This document shows positions 28,819 to 39,534 of a DNA stretch of 64,000 nucleotides, piece after piece (the stretch's first letter is position 1; every line of letters starts with the position of its first letter). The notes beneath the pieces are model-generated. The model worked only from the letters and a program-made list of their open reading frames with translations, was not told the DNA's origin and did no database searches. This stretch comes from an uncultured Gemmatimonadales bacterium (GTDB lineage Bacteria; Gemmatimonadota; Gemmatimonadetes; Longimicrobiales; RSA9). The DNA lies in the NCBI GenBank assembly GCA_963798845.1, contig CAWCUS010000002.1, forward strand, positions 128,001-192,000, written 5' to 3'. Made by a program: the position numbers and the translations under genes.

Positions 28819-29421
28819 ATGCGCGTCGTCGAAGTCAGCCGCCGGCCGGACGAAACAGGCCACCGCGGCGGGCCGCTGCGCCTGGCCCGATCCATCGTCC
28901 TTGCCGCGGGCACCCTGGTCGCCGCCTGCGCCACCGGGTCTTCCGGCGCGTCGGAGCCGGCCGCCACCACGCGCACCGGCGTCGTCGTGCAGACGCCGGG
29001 GAGCTCCGACGCGTTCACGCTCACCCGGGACGCAAACATCTCCACCATGACGGTCCCGGCTTCGCCGGAATCCCTGTGGCCGGTGCTGGTCACGGCGTAC
29101 GGTGACGCAGGGCTCGACGTGAGCGGCGCCGACAGCGACCGCCGCATCCTGGTGAGCAGCGGAAGCCGCGTGCGGCGCATTGCCGGGGACCGGGTGGACC
29201 GGTTCTTCGACTGCCCCGGGACCGCCTACGGCAACACCGCCTCGAGCGGCGACGTCTATCCCCTGGTCCGGACGGAGCTCATCAGCGCCTCGGAAGGCGC
29301 CACCGTGGTCCGGATGCAGGTGGAGGCGGTCTCCGTCAGCAACACGGGCAACCGCGGCCAGTGCCGGAGCACAGGCCGGCTCGAGCGGATGCTGCGGGAC
29401 GCGCTCGTGGCCGGCCGCTGA
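28819..29421 (+). CDS. Hypothetical lipoprotein
   Basis: Lipobox-like LVAAC; Cys pair (FDCPG...C.STGRLE). Confidence 0.65.
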   Translation: MRVVEVSRRPDETGHRGGPLRLARSIVLAAGTLVAACATGSSGASEPAATTRTGVVVQTPGSSDAFTLTRDANISTMTVPASPESLWPVLVTAYGDAGLDVSGADSDRRILVSSGSRVRRIAGDRVDRFFDCPGTAYGNTASSGDVYPLVRTELISASEGATVVRMQVEAVSVSNTGNRGQCRSTGRLERMLRDALVAGR

Positions 29422-29430
29422 TCGCGGCGC

Positions 29431-30042
29431 CTACCGCCCGCCGAACTGATAGGCGAAGCCAATCCCGACCGCGGCGTACCCGACGCCGACGCTCACGGAC
29501 TCGCCGCCGAGGACGATATCGCCGGAGTACCCGCGGTAGCGGACGGCGGGCTGGATACGGAGTCCGCTCTCGCCGAGGGCAAGGTCGAGCCCGGCTCCTA
29601 CCTCGACCCCGAACGTCCGGTCGGACTCCACGGTGACGTCGGCCGTGCCGCCACTCACCTCGAGGCTGAACACGTCGTACAGTGCGCCGAAACGCACCCA
29701 CGGCGTGACCGGGGCGCTGGCGCCGAGCGGAATGGTGAAGCGCAGACCGCCGGTGAAGCCCGCGTCGCCGTACTGGCCGTCCATCCCCGGGTCATTCTCG
29801 TCGACGTCGAAGGTGAACTTGCCGTAGGCGGCGTAGATGCCGATCACCGGCGTGAGCTGGGCCAGTCCCTCCACCCCGAAGCCGGTCCCCGTCTTCGCGT
29901 CGCTGAGATCGTTGGACACGGGGAAGGCGAAGTCACCCCGGCCAGATATGGCGAATCCGACCGAGCCCTGGGCGGCGGCGGGCGAGGCGGCAAAGGACGT
30001 CGCAAGAACGAGCGCAGCGACCCGGGGAAGGTGTTTCGGCAC
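29431..30042 (-). CDS. Outer membrane beta-barrel protein
   Basis: Signal peptide (AAAQ), alternating beta strands, C-terminal G.AYQF. Confidence 0.75.
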   Translation of the reverse strand: MPKHLPRVAALVLATSFAASPAAAQGSVGFAISGRGDFAFPVSNDLSDAKTGTGFGVEGLAQLTPVIGIYAAYGKFTFDVDENDPGMDGQYGDAGFTGGLRFTIPLGASAPVTPWVRFGALYDVFSLEVSGGTADVTVESDRTFGVEVGAGLDLALGESGLRIQPAVRYRGYSGDIVLGGESVSVGVGYAAVGIGFAYQFGGR

Positions 30043-30132
30043 GGGGACTCTCCGTCTCAGGGGGAACGGCAGCGTTCTTTCGCGACGTCAAGTTGGACCG
30101 GACCCGGCGCGGGGGCAATGTCGGCGTCGCCC

Positions 30133-30540
30133 TCACTCCGCCGGGCGCTCGCACAGGAGCATCCACGACGTGCCGAAGCGATCGCGCAGCATGGCGAAAC
30201 GCGCCGCGAAGAAGGTCTCCTCCATTTCCATGAAGACCTCGCCGCCTTCACGGAGAAGGCCGTATACGCGCTCCGCTTCCTCGGGGGTGCCCAGCGTCAG
30301 CGAGAGATACGCGCTCCGCATGGGCTGCGCGGACGGGATGTCCGCTCCCCGGAGGAGCATGCCCCCGATCTCGATCTGCGCGTGCAGGATGGCATCCCCC
30401 CACTCCGGCGGCATCTGCGAGCTCCCGGGCCCCTCGGAGTGCGTGGTCATCATGGTGATCTTCCCGCCGAGGTGCTGCTCGTAGAAGCGGAACGCGTCCG
30501 CGCAGGTGCCGGGATAGTTGACGTAGACGTCCAGCTTCAT
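30133..30540 (-). CDS. VOC/PhnB family protein
   Basis: Y.NY.G.C..AF.FY...LGG, ILHA.I.IG, FFA.RF..L.DRFG.SW. Confidence 0.9.
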   Translation of the reverse strand: MKLDVYVNYPGTCADAFRFYEQHLGGKITMMTTHSEGPGSSQMPPEWGDAILHAQIEIGGMLLRGADIPSAQPMRSAYLSLTLGTPEEAERVYGLLREGGEVFMEMEETFFAARFAMLRDRFGTSWMLLCERPAE

Positions 30541-30664
30541 GGTGTCTGCCGGTGGATCGTGTGGGTCGGAAATGACATGCCCGGACCTGCCTTCCGGACC
30601 GCCAGAGGCGGGCTTACGCGGAGAGGCCCCACGGCCACGGGGGCCGCGGGACCTCTCCGCCGAG

Positions 30665-30738
30665 TCGGGCAGGCCGGATTCGAACCGGCGACCCCCTGAA
30701 CCCCATTCAGGTGCGCTACCGGACTGCGCCACTGCCCG
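30665..30738 (-). tRNA. tRNA-Pro (anticodon GGG); CCA not encoded
   Basis: CGGGCAGTGGCGCAGTCCGGTAGCGCACCTGAATGGGGTTCAGGGGGTCGCCGGTTCGAATCCGGCCTGCCCGA folds as a cloverleaf with a GTTCGAA T-loop. Confidence 0.97.
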
Positions 30739-30891
30739 ATGTGGTGTGCTGCGAGTGGGGAAGATAGTGCGGGACGGCGCCGGCTACAACCCGCTGCGGC
30801 AACGTGCGCGGCCCGTTCCCCGTGCGCGCGGCAGAGCGCTTGCGGTATCTTTCTGCGGTGATCGCGGACGGCAGCGGAGGGAAGGGCGGCC

Positions 30892-31314
30892 ATGGGAAAA
30901 GAGAAGTCGCAGCGGGAACAGGAAGGGCTGGAGGGGATGGGGCTGGGACTCCGGCTCGGCATCGGCGTGGCGGTGGCCATGGGCGCCCTGGTGAGCGGCT
31001 TCCTGGTCTCCCGGCGTGGTCGTCGGCTGGTGGCCGACACGTTCCGCGGCCGGCGGCCGTCGCCGCTGGCGGACCGCGTGCTCGACCGGCTCTGGGACGA
31101 CGCGCTGCTCGGGCGCCGGCGCCTCGACGTGGACGAGCCGAGCGACGGCGTGGTGGTGATCATGGGGTCGGTCGCTTCGGACGACGAGCGACTGCGGGCG
31201 CTGGAGCTTGCGCGCGCGGTGGACGGGGTGGCGAAGGCGGAGGACCGATTGGTCCTGGATCCCACGATTCGGCGGCGTCGCGTGAAGCAGCTGTCCGGGA
31301 ACGGCCGGGGCTGA
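30892..31314 (+). CDS. BON domain protein with N-terminal TM helix
   Basis: LDV....GVV...G.V....E...A..LA..V.GV...EDRL. Confidence 0.75.
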   Translation: MGKEKSQREQEGLEGMGLGLRLGIGVAVAMGALVSGFLVSRRGRRLVADTFRGRRPSPLADRVLDRLWDDALLGRRRLDVDEPSDGVVVIMGSVASDDERLRALELARAVDGVAKAEDRLVLDPTIRRRRVKQLSGNGRG

Positions 31315-31459
31315 GGGAGAGGCGGGGGAGCCGATCGATCCGGGGCTGAACGAGCCGGAGGCGTCGCAGCGGATCGGCGCACTGCAGGAGAAAACGGGTC
31401 GCAGGCGCCGCGCGTGGCCGGACTGGTCAGGCGGCCGCCCCGTCGACATCTTCGGGGGT

Positions 31460-31846
31460 ATGACCGAGCGACGGCGAGTGCCCACGGGCGCCCCGTGGGC
31501 GGAGAAGGTCGGCTACTCCCGGGCCATCCGGGTCGGTGACACCATCTACGTCTCGGGGACGGCGCCGGTGGATGCGGCCGGCGGCATCGCGTTTCCGGGG
31601 GACGTGTACGGGCAGGCCAAGCGGTGCCTGGACATCATCGTGGCGGCGCTGGGCGAAGCGGGTGCCCGACCCGAGCACGTCGTGCGCACGCGCATCTTCG
31701 TCCGTGACGCCTCGGCCTGGGAGGCCGTGGGCCGGGCGCACGGCGAGGTCCTGGGCCACGCCAGGCCCGCCACGACGCTCGTCGAGGTGAACGGCTTCAT
31801 CCATCCGGAGATCCTCGTGGAGATCGAGGCAGTCGCGGTGGTCTAG
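31460..31846 (+). CDS. RidA/Rid family protein
   Basis: W...VGYSRA.R.G..I.VSGT, VVRTR.FV, RPATT, VEIEA.A. Confidence 0.92.
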   Translation: MTERRRVPTGAPWAEKVGYSRAIRVGDTIYVSGTAPVDAAGGIAFPGDVYGQAKRCLDIIVAALGEAGARPEHVVRTRIFVRDASAWEAVGRAHGEVLGHARPATTLVEVNGFIHPEILVEIEAVAVV

Positions 31847-32062
31847 CGCGCGGCCGGACGCGCGTGAGGCGTGTCCGGCATTCTTCGCGCGTGCCGCGCG
31901 CATCCCAGCACGTGCCCAGAATTATTACAGGCGTTCCTCTTTCCGGCGGGGTCCAGTCACGGCAGGAAGGGTCCGCGCGTTGTTGGGTGAGCGCGGGCGC
32001 GGGCGATCCTGGCGCGGGAGCCACGGGTCGTGAAGCACAGGAGCCGGAGGATAGGAGAGCGG

Positions 32063-33682
32063 ATGAAGCGGGAGCGAGTATGGCGTCGCCGGGTGGGCGG
32101 GAGCGTGGTGGCGGCGCTGGCCGCCTGGTCGGTCGCGGCCGGCGCGGCGGCGCAGGCGGGGGACAGCACGGCGTCGGGCGCGGAGGGCGATTCACCGGGG
32201 CTGCGACTCCCCGTGGTGGAGGACACGCTGTCGAACGGGATGCGGATTCTCGTGCTGCGGCAGCCGGGTGCGCCGACCGTATCGTTCGTGATCCGTTACG
32301 AGGTCGGGTCGGTGAACGAGGTGCTGGGGGAAACGGGGATCGCGCATTTCCTGGAGCACCTCCTGTTCAAGGGGACGACCACCGTGGGGACGACGTCGCT
32401 CGCCGGGGAGCTGGCGCTGTTCCCGCTCATGGACTCGGTGGCGGACACGCTGCTGCTGGTGCGGGCGGGGCGGGTGGCCGCGAGCGCGGACGTGCGGCTC
32501 CGGCGTCGCCTGAAGATGCTGGAGGACAGCGCGCGGGCGGTCGTGGTGCCGAACGAGTACGACCGGCTGTTCACGGAGGAGGGTGGTCGTGACCTGAACG
32601 CGGTGACCACGTACGACGGGACGACGTACTTCGTGAGCGTGCCGTCGAACAAGGCGGAGCTCTGGTTCGTCATGGAGGCGGACCGGATGGCGAACCCGGT
32701 GTTCCGGGAGTTCTACGCCGAGCGGGACGTGGTGGCGGAAGAGCGGCGCCAGCGGGTGGAGACGAGCCCGGACGGTCGGCTCGCGGAGGAGTTCTACGCG
32801 GTGGCGTACCGGGTCCACCCGTACGGCGTGCCGGCGATCGGGAACATGTCGGACATACAGAGCTACACGCGCGCGCAGGTGCGCGATTATCACCGCCGCT
32901 TCTACGGTCCGAACAACGCGGTGGTGGCGGTGGTCGGGGACGTGGACCCGAAGCAGGTGGTGAGGTGGGCACGGAAGTACTTCGGTCCGATCCCCCCTGG
33001 CGATGTCCCTGCGCCGGTGCTGGCGACGGAGCCGCCGCAGCGCGGGGAGCGGCGAGTGGAGGTGCTGTTCGACGCGGCCCCGGAGCTGATGCTGGGGTGG
33101 CACATCCCGAGCGGCTACGACCGGGACACGCCGGCCCTGACGGCGCTCGGACGGATCCTGGCGGGTGGGAAGACGTCGCGCCTGTACCGCAGGCTCGTGC
33201 TGGACGACGACCTGGCCACCTCCGTCTCCTTCTCCACGGGACCGGGTTTCCGCTACCCTACCATGTTCACGCTCTCGACGCAGCCGCTCACGGGCCACAG
33301 CACGGACGAGCTCGAGGCGGCGATCTACGAGGAGATCCGGAAGATCCAGGCGGAGCCGCCCACGGCGAAGGAGATGCAGCGGGTCCGGAACCAGAGCGAG
33401 GCGTCGGAGGTCCGACGCGTCGGGTCGCACCTGGGGCTCGGGTTCCAGCTCGCGGAGTCGGTGGCGTTCTACGGAGACTGGCGCCAAACCTTCCGCTCCG
33501 CGGACCGCCTCATGGAAGTGACGCCCGCGGACGTCCAGCGGGTCGCGAAGGAGTACCTGACGCGGGAGAACCGGACGGTGGGGGTGCTGCGCCGCCCCGG
33601 GGACGCGCCGCCCGCCACGCCCACGCCGACCCGCGTGAGCGCTTCCGCGGCCGCCGGGGACGCCGAAGGAGGCCAGCGATGA
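32063..33682 (+). CDS. M16 family zinc metallopeptidase, catalytic subunit
   Basis: L.NG, GS.NE..G.TGIAHFLEHLLFKGT (HXXEH), NA.T, ER.VV.EE, Y.PNN. Confidence 0.92.
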   Translation: MKRERVWRRRVGGSVVAALAAWSVAAGAAAQAGDSTASGAEGDSPGLRLPVVEDTLSNGMRILVLRQPGAPTVSFVIRYEVGSVNEVLGETGIAHFLEHLLFKGTTTVGTTSLAGELALFPLMDSVADTLLLVRAGRVAASADVRLRRRLKMLEDSARAVVVPNEYDRLFTEEGGRDLNAVTTYDGTTYFVSVPSNKAELWFVMEADRMANPVFREFYAERDVVAEERRQRVETSPDGRLAEEFYAVAYRVHPYGVPAIGNMSDIQSYTRAQVRDYHRRFYGPNNAVVAVVGDVDPKQVVRWARKYFGPIPPGDVPAPVLATEPPQRGERRVEVLFDAAPELMLGWHIPSGYDRDTPALTALGRILAGGKTSRLYRRLVLDDDLATSVSFSTGPGFRYPTMFTLSTQPLTGHSTDELEAAIYEEIRKIQAEPPTAKEMQRVRNQSEASEVRRVGSHLGLGFQLAESVAFYGDWRQTFRSADRLMEVTPADVQRVAKEYLTRENRTVGVLRRPGDAPPATPTPTRVSASAAAGDAEGGQR

Positions 33683-35199
33683 GTGCGGGCATGCGGCCGC
33701 GTGCGGGCGCCGTGGCGCTTGCCGTGGCGGTGGCGTCGTGCGGGGTGCTGCGGCACCCGGAGCCGGTCGCGCCCGGGTCGCCTCCCACGGTGGAACAGGT
33801 GGCGCAGGCCGAAGCGGACTCGCTCCTGCACCGTCCCGGTCCGCCGGTGGGGCTGGACGTCGTGGAAGGCCTGAAGTACCCGTCGCTGCGTTTCGACCCG
33901 CCGCAGCCGGAGCAGTTCAAGCTGTCGAACGGCGTGACGGTGTTCTTCCTGGAGGACCACACGCTCCCGGTGGTGGACGCGTTCATCGACATGAAGGGCG
34001 GCTACGTCTACTTCGACCGGGGGCGCTACGCGGCCGCGGCGGCGCTGCTTCCGCTGATGCGGAACGGGGGAACGCGAGCGCTGTCCTCGGACTCGGTGGA
34101 CGAGATCATCGAGTTCAACGCGCTGGGGATGAACACCTCCACGGACGGGGCGAGGATGGTGTTCGGCGTGAGCGGGCTGCGCCGGCAGCTCGACCTGACC
34201 CTGGGGCTGTGGGGCGACATCCTGCTGCACCCGCGCTTCGAAGCGGCCGCCGTGGAAAGGTGGCGGCTGCGCGAACTGGAGTCGGTGCGCAGGATCGCGG
34301 ACTTCCCCGGCTCTCTGGCGGTGCTGGAGTTCAATCGCCTCATGTACGGCACGCACCCCACCGGCTGGATGATGCGCGAGTCGGACCTGTCGCCGGACAA
34401 GCTCACGCCGGCCCGGCTGCGCGACATGCACCGGCGCACGGTCTGCCCCGAGGGCGCGGTCATCGGTGCCGCGGGCGACGTGACGCGGGAGGAGATCCGG
34501 GCGGCGCTCGAGAAGGCCCTGGCCGGGTGGAAGCCGTGCGGTCACGAGCTCCAGACTCCGCCGCCGCCGACGCTCCTTCACCAGCCGGGGATCTACGTGA
34601 TCCCGAAAGCCCTGAGCCAGAGCACGATCGTCGTGGGGCAGCCCGGGGGCGTGCTGCTGGGCGAGTCGCCGGAGTACTTCGCGTCGCGCATCGCGAACTG
34701 GGTGATCGGCGGGAGCGGTTTCACGAGCCGGCTCATGACGCGGCTGCGGACCGAAGAGGGACTGGCCTACAGCGCGGCGTCGATCTGGGGCGCGGCGCGG
34801 GACCACGAGCGGATCTTCGGCGCCATCACCCACACCAAGAGCGAGAGCACGCTGGACGCCGTGGCCATGCTGGTCGGGACGCTCGACCAGGCGCTCACCA
34901 ACCCGCCCGACAGCCAGGAGGTGAAACTCGCGCGCGAGGCGATCGTGAACGGGTTCGTCTTCGGCTTCAGCAGCCCGGTGGAGGTGGTGGCGCGGCAGGT
35001 GACCTACATGGCCGACGGCTTCCCCTCCGACTGGCTGACGCGCTACCTGAACGGCATCCGCGCCGTCGACTCCGCCTCCGTGGCCGACGTCCTGCACAGG
35101 CGCCTGGACCCGAAGGGATTCAGCATCCTCATCGTGGGTGATACGACCGCGTTCGACATGCGGACGCTGGGAGATTATCGGGTGCTGGCGGGGCGGTAG
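33679..35199 (+). CDS. M16 family peptidase, non-catalytic (beta) subunit
   Basis: LSNG.TV...EDH.LP; lacks HXXEH; SRL...LR...GLAY motif; ATGA overlap with the upstream gene. Confidence 0.9.
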   Translation: MSAGMRPRAGAVALAVAVASCGVLRHPEPVAPGSPPTVEQVAQAEADSLLHRPGPPVGLDVVEGLKYPSLRFDPPQPEQFKLSNGVTVFFLEDHTLPVVDAFIDMKGGYVYFDRGRYAAAAALLPLMRNGGTRALSSDSVDEIIEFNALGMNTSTDGARMVFGVSGLRRQLDLTLGLWGDILLHPRFEAAAVERWRLRELESVRRIADFPGSLAVLEFNRLMYGTHPTGWMMRESDLSPDKLTPARLRDMHRRTVCPEGAVIGAAGDVTREEIRAALEKALAGWKPCGHELQTPPPPTLLHQPGIYVIPKALSQSTIVVGQPGGVLLGESPEYFASRIANWVIGGSGFTSRLMTRLRTEEGLAYSAASIWGAARDHERIFGAITHTKSESTLDAVAMLVGTLDQALTNPPDSQEVKLAREAIVNGFVFGFSSPVEVVARQVTYMADGFPSDWLTRYLNGIRAVDSASVADVLHRRLDPKGFSILIVGDTTAFDMRTLGDYRVLAGR

Positions 35200-35302
35200 C
35201 GCGGTTGGAGCTCGCTGCTTCCGGCCGTTGCGCCAGGCCGGCGCTCGCGGGCGCCGGGACGTAGCGGCGGCCGGCGAAGCGGCCGCCGCGGGAGCCGCGA
35301 CC

Positions 35303-35410
35303 GAGTGAGCCCCCTCTGCGCGCCTCCGGCGCGCCCCTCTGCGAACGAAGTGAGCCCCTCTGCGAACGAAGTGAGCCCCTCTGCGCGCCTCCGGCGCGCC
35401 CCTCTGCGAG
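35303..35410. repeat. Intergenic array of five GCCCCTCTGCG cores with two spacer types
   Basis: Spacers in order: CGCCTCCGGCGC, AACGAAGTGA, AACGAAGTGA, CGCCTCCGGCGC. Confidence 0.85.
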
Positions 35411-35564
35411 GCCAGAGGCCGAGCGACCGGTTTGCCTACACCAATATCGGGAAAACCCCCACGCGCGCCGGACTGGCTTCGCCGTGCATCAGGCTTAGAT
35501 TGTGGGCGGCCGCGTGGAAGCGCCAGACGCGGTGGACACGCCCGATCCGAAGGAGGAAACGCCG

Positions 35565-36711
35565 ATGAAGGTAGGAGTGCCGCGGGAGGTGGCCCGGGGT
35601 GAGCGTCGGGTTGCCCTGGTCCCGGACACGGTGGCGAAGCTGGTGGGCTCGGGGATGGAAGTGGTGGTGGAGAAGGGGGCGGGGACCGAGGCAGGTTTCG
35701 CCGATTCTGCATACGCCAATGCGGGCGCGACGGTGGCGGATGACGCTGCCGTTTTTGCTGCCGACGTGGTCGTGAAGGTGGCGCCGCCGATGGTGGGCGC
35801 CGGCGCGGACGAGGTGGCGAAGCTGAAGGCCGGGGGCGCGCTGATCGCCTTCCTTCAGCCGCTGGTCTCGCCCGAGCTCGTGAACGGCCTGGCCGCGGCG
35901 AAGGTGACCAGCTTCAGCATGGAGCTGGTGCCGCGGATCACCGTGGCCCAGCGCATGGATGCTCTCTCGAGCCAGGCTACCGCCGCGGGCTACGTCGCCG
36001 CGCTGCGAGGGGCGCTGGATGTCGACGTTTTCTTCCCCATGCTCACCACGGCAGCGGGGACCATCCCGCCGGCCAAGGTGCTGGTGATCGGGGCCGGGGT
36101 AGCGGGGCTGCAGGCGATCGCCACGGCGAAGCGCCTGGGCGCGCGGGTGAAGGGCTTCGATATCCGCCCGGCCGCGGCCGAGCAGGTGGAGAGCCTGGGT
36201 GCCCAGTTCGTGGGCATCACGCTGGAGGAAGCCGAGACCAAGGGCGGCTACGCCAAGGAAGTGACGGCGGACCAGCAGAAGAAGGAGCACGAGCTGCTCC
36301 AGAAGATCTGCGCGGAGAGCGACGTCGTGATCACCACCGCTCAGGTGCCGGGCCGGAAGGCGCCGGTGCTGATCACGCGGGACATGGTGGAGGCCATGCG
36401 TCCGGGGTCGGCGATCGTGGACCTGGCCGCGGAGTCGGGCGGGAACTGCGAGCTGACGAAGGCGGGCGAGACGGTGGTGGAGAACGGCGTGCAGATCATC
36501 GGCCTCGTGGACGCGGCCAGTGTGCTGCCGAAAAACTCCAGCCAGAATGTACTCGAAGAACATCCACGAGCTGCTGAAGCACCTGTATGACGAGGAGGCG
36601 AAGCAGCTGAAGCTGGACTTCGAGGACGAGATCACGCGGGAGTCGTGCGTGACGCACGACGGGACAGTCGTGCACGAACGGACGCGCGCCGCCATCGGCG
36701 CGGGCGCCTGA
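35565..36711 (+). CDS. pntA: NAD(P) transhydrogenase subunit alpha part 1 (PntAA); +1 frameshift at ~36547
   Basis: GVPRE..GERRVA..P, PRI..AQ.MD.LSSQ, GAGVAGLQA, VDLAAE.GGNC; the C-terminal S.MYSKN...D..DEI continues in another frame. Confidence 0.92.
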
Positions 36712-36725
36712 GGAGGGGAAAGCAC

Positions 36726-37028
36726 ATGCAAGGCTACGACCTGCTGTTTTCGATCTACATCCTCGTACTCGCGATCTTCGTGGGCTTCGAGGTCATCACG
36801 AAGGTGCCGACGATCCTCCACACGCCGCTGATGTCCGGGTCCAACGCGATCTCGGGGATCACCATCGTGGGCGCGATCCTGGTGCTGTCGGCTCTCACCG
36901 AGGGAACGATTTCAACGATCCTGGGCGTGATCGCGCTCATCATGGCGACGATCAACGTGGTCGGCGGATTCGTGGTGACCGATCGCATGCTCCAGATGTT
37001 CAAGAAGAAGGAAGAACGGGAGGCCTGA
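36726..37028 (+). CDS. NAD(P) transhydrogenase subunit alpha part 2 (PntAB)
   Basis: KVP..LHTPLMSGSNAISG, NVVGGF.VTDRML.MF. Confidence 0.95.
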   Translation: MQGYDLLFSIYILVLAIFVGFEVITKVPTILHTPLMSGSNAISGITIVGAILVLSALTEGTISTILGVIALIMATINVVGGFVVTDRMLQMFKKKEEREA

Positions 37029-37029
37029 C

Positions 37030-38445
37030 GTGGATGCACAAATTGGAGGACCGCTGCCGGTCTTCATCAAGATTGCGTACCTGGTCGCGTCCGTCCTGTT
37101 CATCCTGGGGCTGAAGCGCCTCAGCTCCCCCAAGACGGCGCGGCAGGGCAACATGCTGGGCGCCCTCGGGATGCTCCTGGCCATCGTCGCCACGATGGTG
37201 GACGGCCAGGTGCTGCAGGGCGGGCTGGACTGGCTGTGGATCGTCGCGGGCATCGCCGCCGGCACCGGCATCGGCTGGTTCCTGGCGAAATGGGTGAAGA
37301 TGACGGCCATGCCGCAGATGGTGGCCATCTTCAACGGCTTCGGCGGCGGCGCGTCGGCGCTGGTCGCGGCGGTGGAGTTCCTGAAGCCGACGACGGCGGA
37401 CGCGACGACCACCGTCGCCCTCACCATAGTTCTGTCGGTGCTCATCGGCGCCGTGACGCTGTCGGGGAGCTTCCTGGCGTGGGCCAAGCTCGAAGGCCAC
37501 TTCGAGAAGGCGCTCACCTATCCGGGCGGCAACTTCGTCAACCTGCTCGTCTTTCTGGGCACGCTGGCGATCGGCGGCTACCTGACGGCCGTGCCCGGTG
37601 CGGATCCTTGGTGGTTCGTCGGCCTGTCGGCGCTCGCGCTCATCTTCGGCATCATGTTCGTCATGCCCATTGGCGGAGCGGACATGCCCGTGGTGATCGC
37701 GCTGCTGAACTCGTATTCCGGGCTCGCGGCTTCGGCCACCGGCTTCGTGCTGAACAACAACGTGCTGATCATCGCCGGGGCGCTGGTGGGGGCGTCGGGC
37801 ATCATCCTGAGCGCCATCATGTGCCGCGCGATGAACCGGTCGCTGGCCAACGTGCTCTTCAGCGCGTTCGGCTCGCAGACGGCGGCCGTGACGGCGGGCG
37901 AGGGTGGGCCGAAGATCGTCAAGGAGATCAACGCCGAGGATACCGCCGTGCTCATGTCCTACTCGGAGAGCGTGGTGATCGTCCCCGGCTACGGGCTGGC
38001 CGTGGCCCAGGCGCAGCACCAGGCGAGGGAGCTGGCCGACCTGCTGGCCGAGAAGGGTGTGAGCGTGAAGTTCGCGATCCACCCCGTGGCCGGCCGCATG
38101 CCCGGTCACATGAACGTGCTGCTGGCCGAGGCCAATGTGCCTTATGACCAGCTGTACGAGGCGGATGACATCAACAGCGAGCTCGAGCGCACCGACGTGG
38201 TGCTGATCCTCGGCGCCAACGACGTGGTGAACCCGGACGCGCGGACGAACGAGTCGAGCCCGCTGTATGGGATGCCCATCATCAACGCCGACCACGCGAA
38301 GAACACCATCGTGGTGAAGCGGAGCCTGAACCCGGGCTTCGCGGGGACGGACAACCCGTTGTTCTACAAGGACAACAACCGGATGCTGTTCGGCGATGCG
38401 AAGAAGGTGCTGACGGCGCTGGTGAGCGAGCTGAAGAAGGTGTAG
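37030..38445 (+). CDS. pntB: NAD(P) transhydrogenase subunit beta
   Basis: MT.MPQMVA.FNGFGG, IGGADMPVVI.LLNSYSG, PGYG.AVAQAQH, HPVAGRMPGHMNV. Confidence 0.96.
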   Translation: MDAQIGGPLPVFIKIAYLVASVLFILGLKRLSSPKTARQGNMLGALGMLLAIVATMVDGQVLQGGLDWLWIVAGIAAGTGIGWFLAKWVKMTAMPQMVAIFNGFGGGASALVAAVEFLKPTTADATTTVALTIVLSVLIGAVTLSGSFLAWAKLEGHFEKALTYPGGNFVNLLVFLGTLAIGGYLTAVPGADPWWFVGLSALALIFGIMFVMPIGGADMPVVIALLNSYSGLAASATGFVLNNNVLIIAGALVGASGIILSAIMCRAMNRSLANVLFSAFGSQTAAVTAGEGGPKIVKEINAEDTAVLMSYSESVVIVPGYGLAVAQAQHQARELADLLAEKGVSVKFAIHPVAGRMPGHMNVLLAEANVPYDQLYEADDINSELERTDVVLILGANDVVNPDARTNESSPLYGMPIINADHAKNTIVVKRSLNPGFAGTDNPLFYKDNNRMLFGDAKKVLTALVSELKKV

Positions 38446-38473
38446 GCCGGGCAGGGCAGCAAGGGGGTGGGGG

Positions 38474-38509
38474 AACCCGGCGCCGAGCGATCGGCGCCGG
38501 GTTATTTTT
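38474..38509 (+). terminator. Intrinsic terminator of the pnt operon
   Basis: Perfect 13-bp stem AACCCGGCGCCGA/TCGGCGCCGGGTT, GCGA loop, followed by ATTTTT. Confidence 0.85.
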
Positions 38510-39534
38510 CGGACCTGGTACCAGAATCCACATTTCTCCCCAGCTCGAGCCGCCGCGGGGCGCTGTTGTGCTCACCGCCGCAGGGGGTTTTGGGCGCCGT
38601 CGGCCGCAAATAGTTGGACACGCACTGCCGACTTACCCGCAGGTAGCGGGCGATGGCGCAGCGCGGGTATCCCTCCTCGCTCATTCGTCGAGCCATGGCG
38701 CGCCGCGCGCGCACGTGGTCACGGCGCTTGTCTCCGCACCGTACGGCGTCGATGTCCAGGCGGCGGCCCGGCTCGGCGGCAAGGGTACTCCGGGCAAGGT
38801 CGCGGAGGTCTGGGCGGCGGGGCCGGGGCGACCCGGCGACCGGCGGGGAACAGAACAGCGGGGCGAAGGCCTCAGCCCACCGCCCATCCCTACCGAGGAA
38901 TGGCGGCGGAGGAGGCGGCTCGATGGCCGGCGAACCGTCCAGTCTCTGGGCTCCGTCGCATGCCAGTCGCCAGGCGAGGTAACGATCGTAGCTCCTGCGC
39001 TGGCCGCCGGTCGCCGCTCCGCGCCGTGCGGCGAAAAGCTTCAGCCCCACGCGAACATCCACGGAAGAGGCGACCAAGTCGTTGATCGGGGCAGCGCCAC
39101 GAGCGTACAGCAGGTGCGAAGTCCATCGGTATTCAGACGCGTCCTGGCAGAGATCGGCGCGGACCGGGTTCAGGTGCGTGTAGACGATCGCGTTGCGGGC
39201 GTGGTCCGGGTCGATGCACGCCCGCTCGCGGAAGCGTCGCTCGAAGACGTGGCCTTCGATCGCGTGGCGGCGGTGGAGCAGTAGCGCGCTGCGTCGAAGG
39301 AGCGGGTGAAGAACGCGTCCGAGTGCGCAATCACCCTGCTGCACAACAAGAATGCAGGTGGTTCGGCATGACGGCGAATGCCAGGAGACGCGCGTCGGAC
39401 CCGGTGATGGCTGAAGCCATGAAGGCTGTGATCGAGTCGCGGACGTCCGGCGTGAACCAGGCGGCGTGCCCCTGCGTGCGCGCGGTCACGTGGAAGATGG
39501 TCCCGGGCAGGTACGGACGAGCAATGCGTGCCAT
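38502..39534 (-). mobile_element. Y1 HUH transposase (RAYT/IS200-like) with C-terminal DnaA_C-like HTH; +1 frameshift at ~39351
   Basis: MARIAR...PG..FHVT.R, AFAVMPNHLH (HUH), GHVFERRF, YTHLNPVRA.L......Y.W.SH (catalytic Tyr); C-terminal AR.....IAR.L.VS...VS. Confidence 0.88.

Noticed and set aside
30133..30738. tRNA-Pro as the attachment site of a genomic island
   Set aside because: No integrase and no duplicated tRNA 3' end seen in the window.
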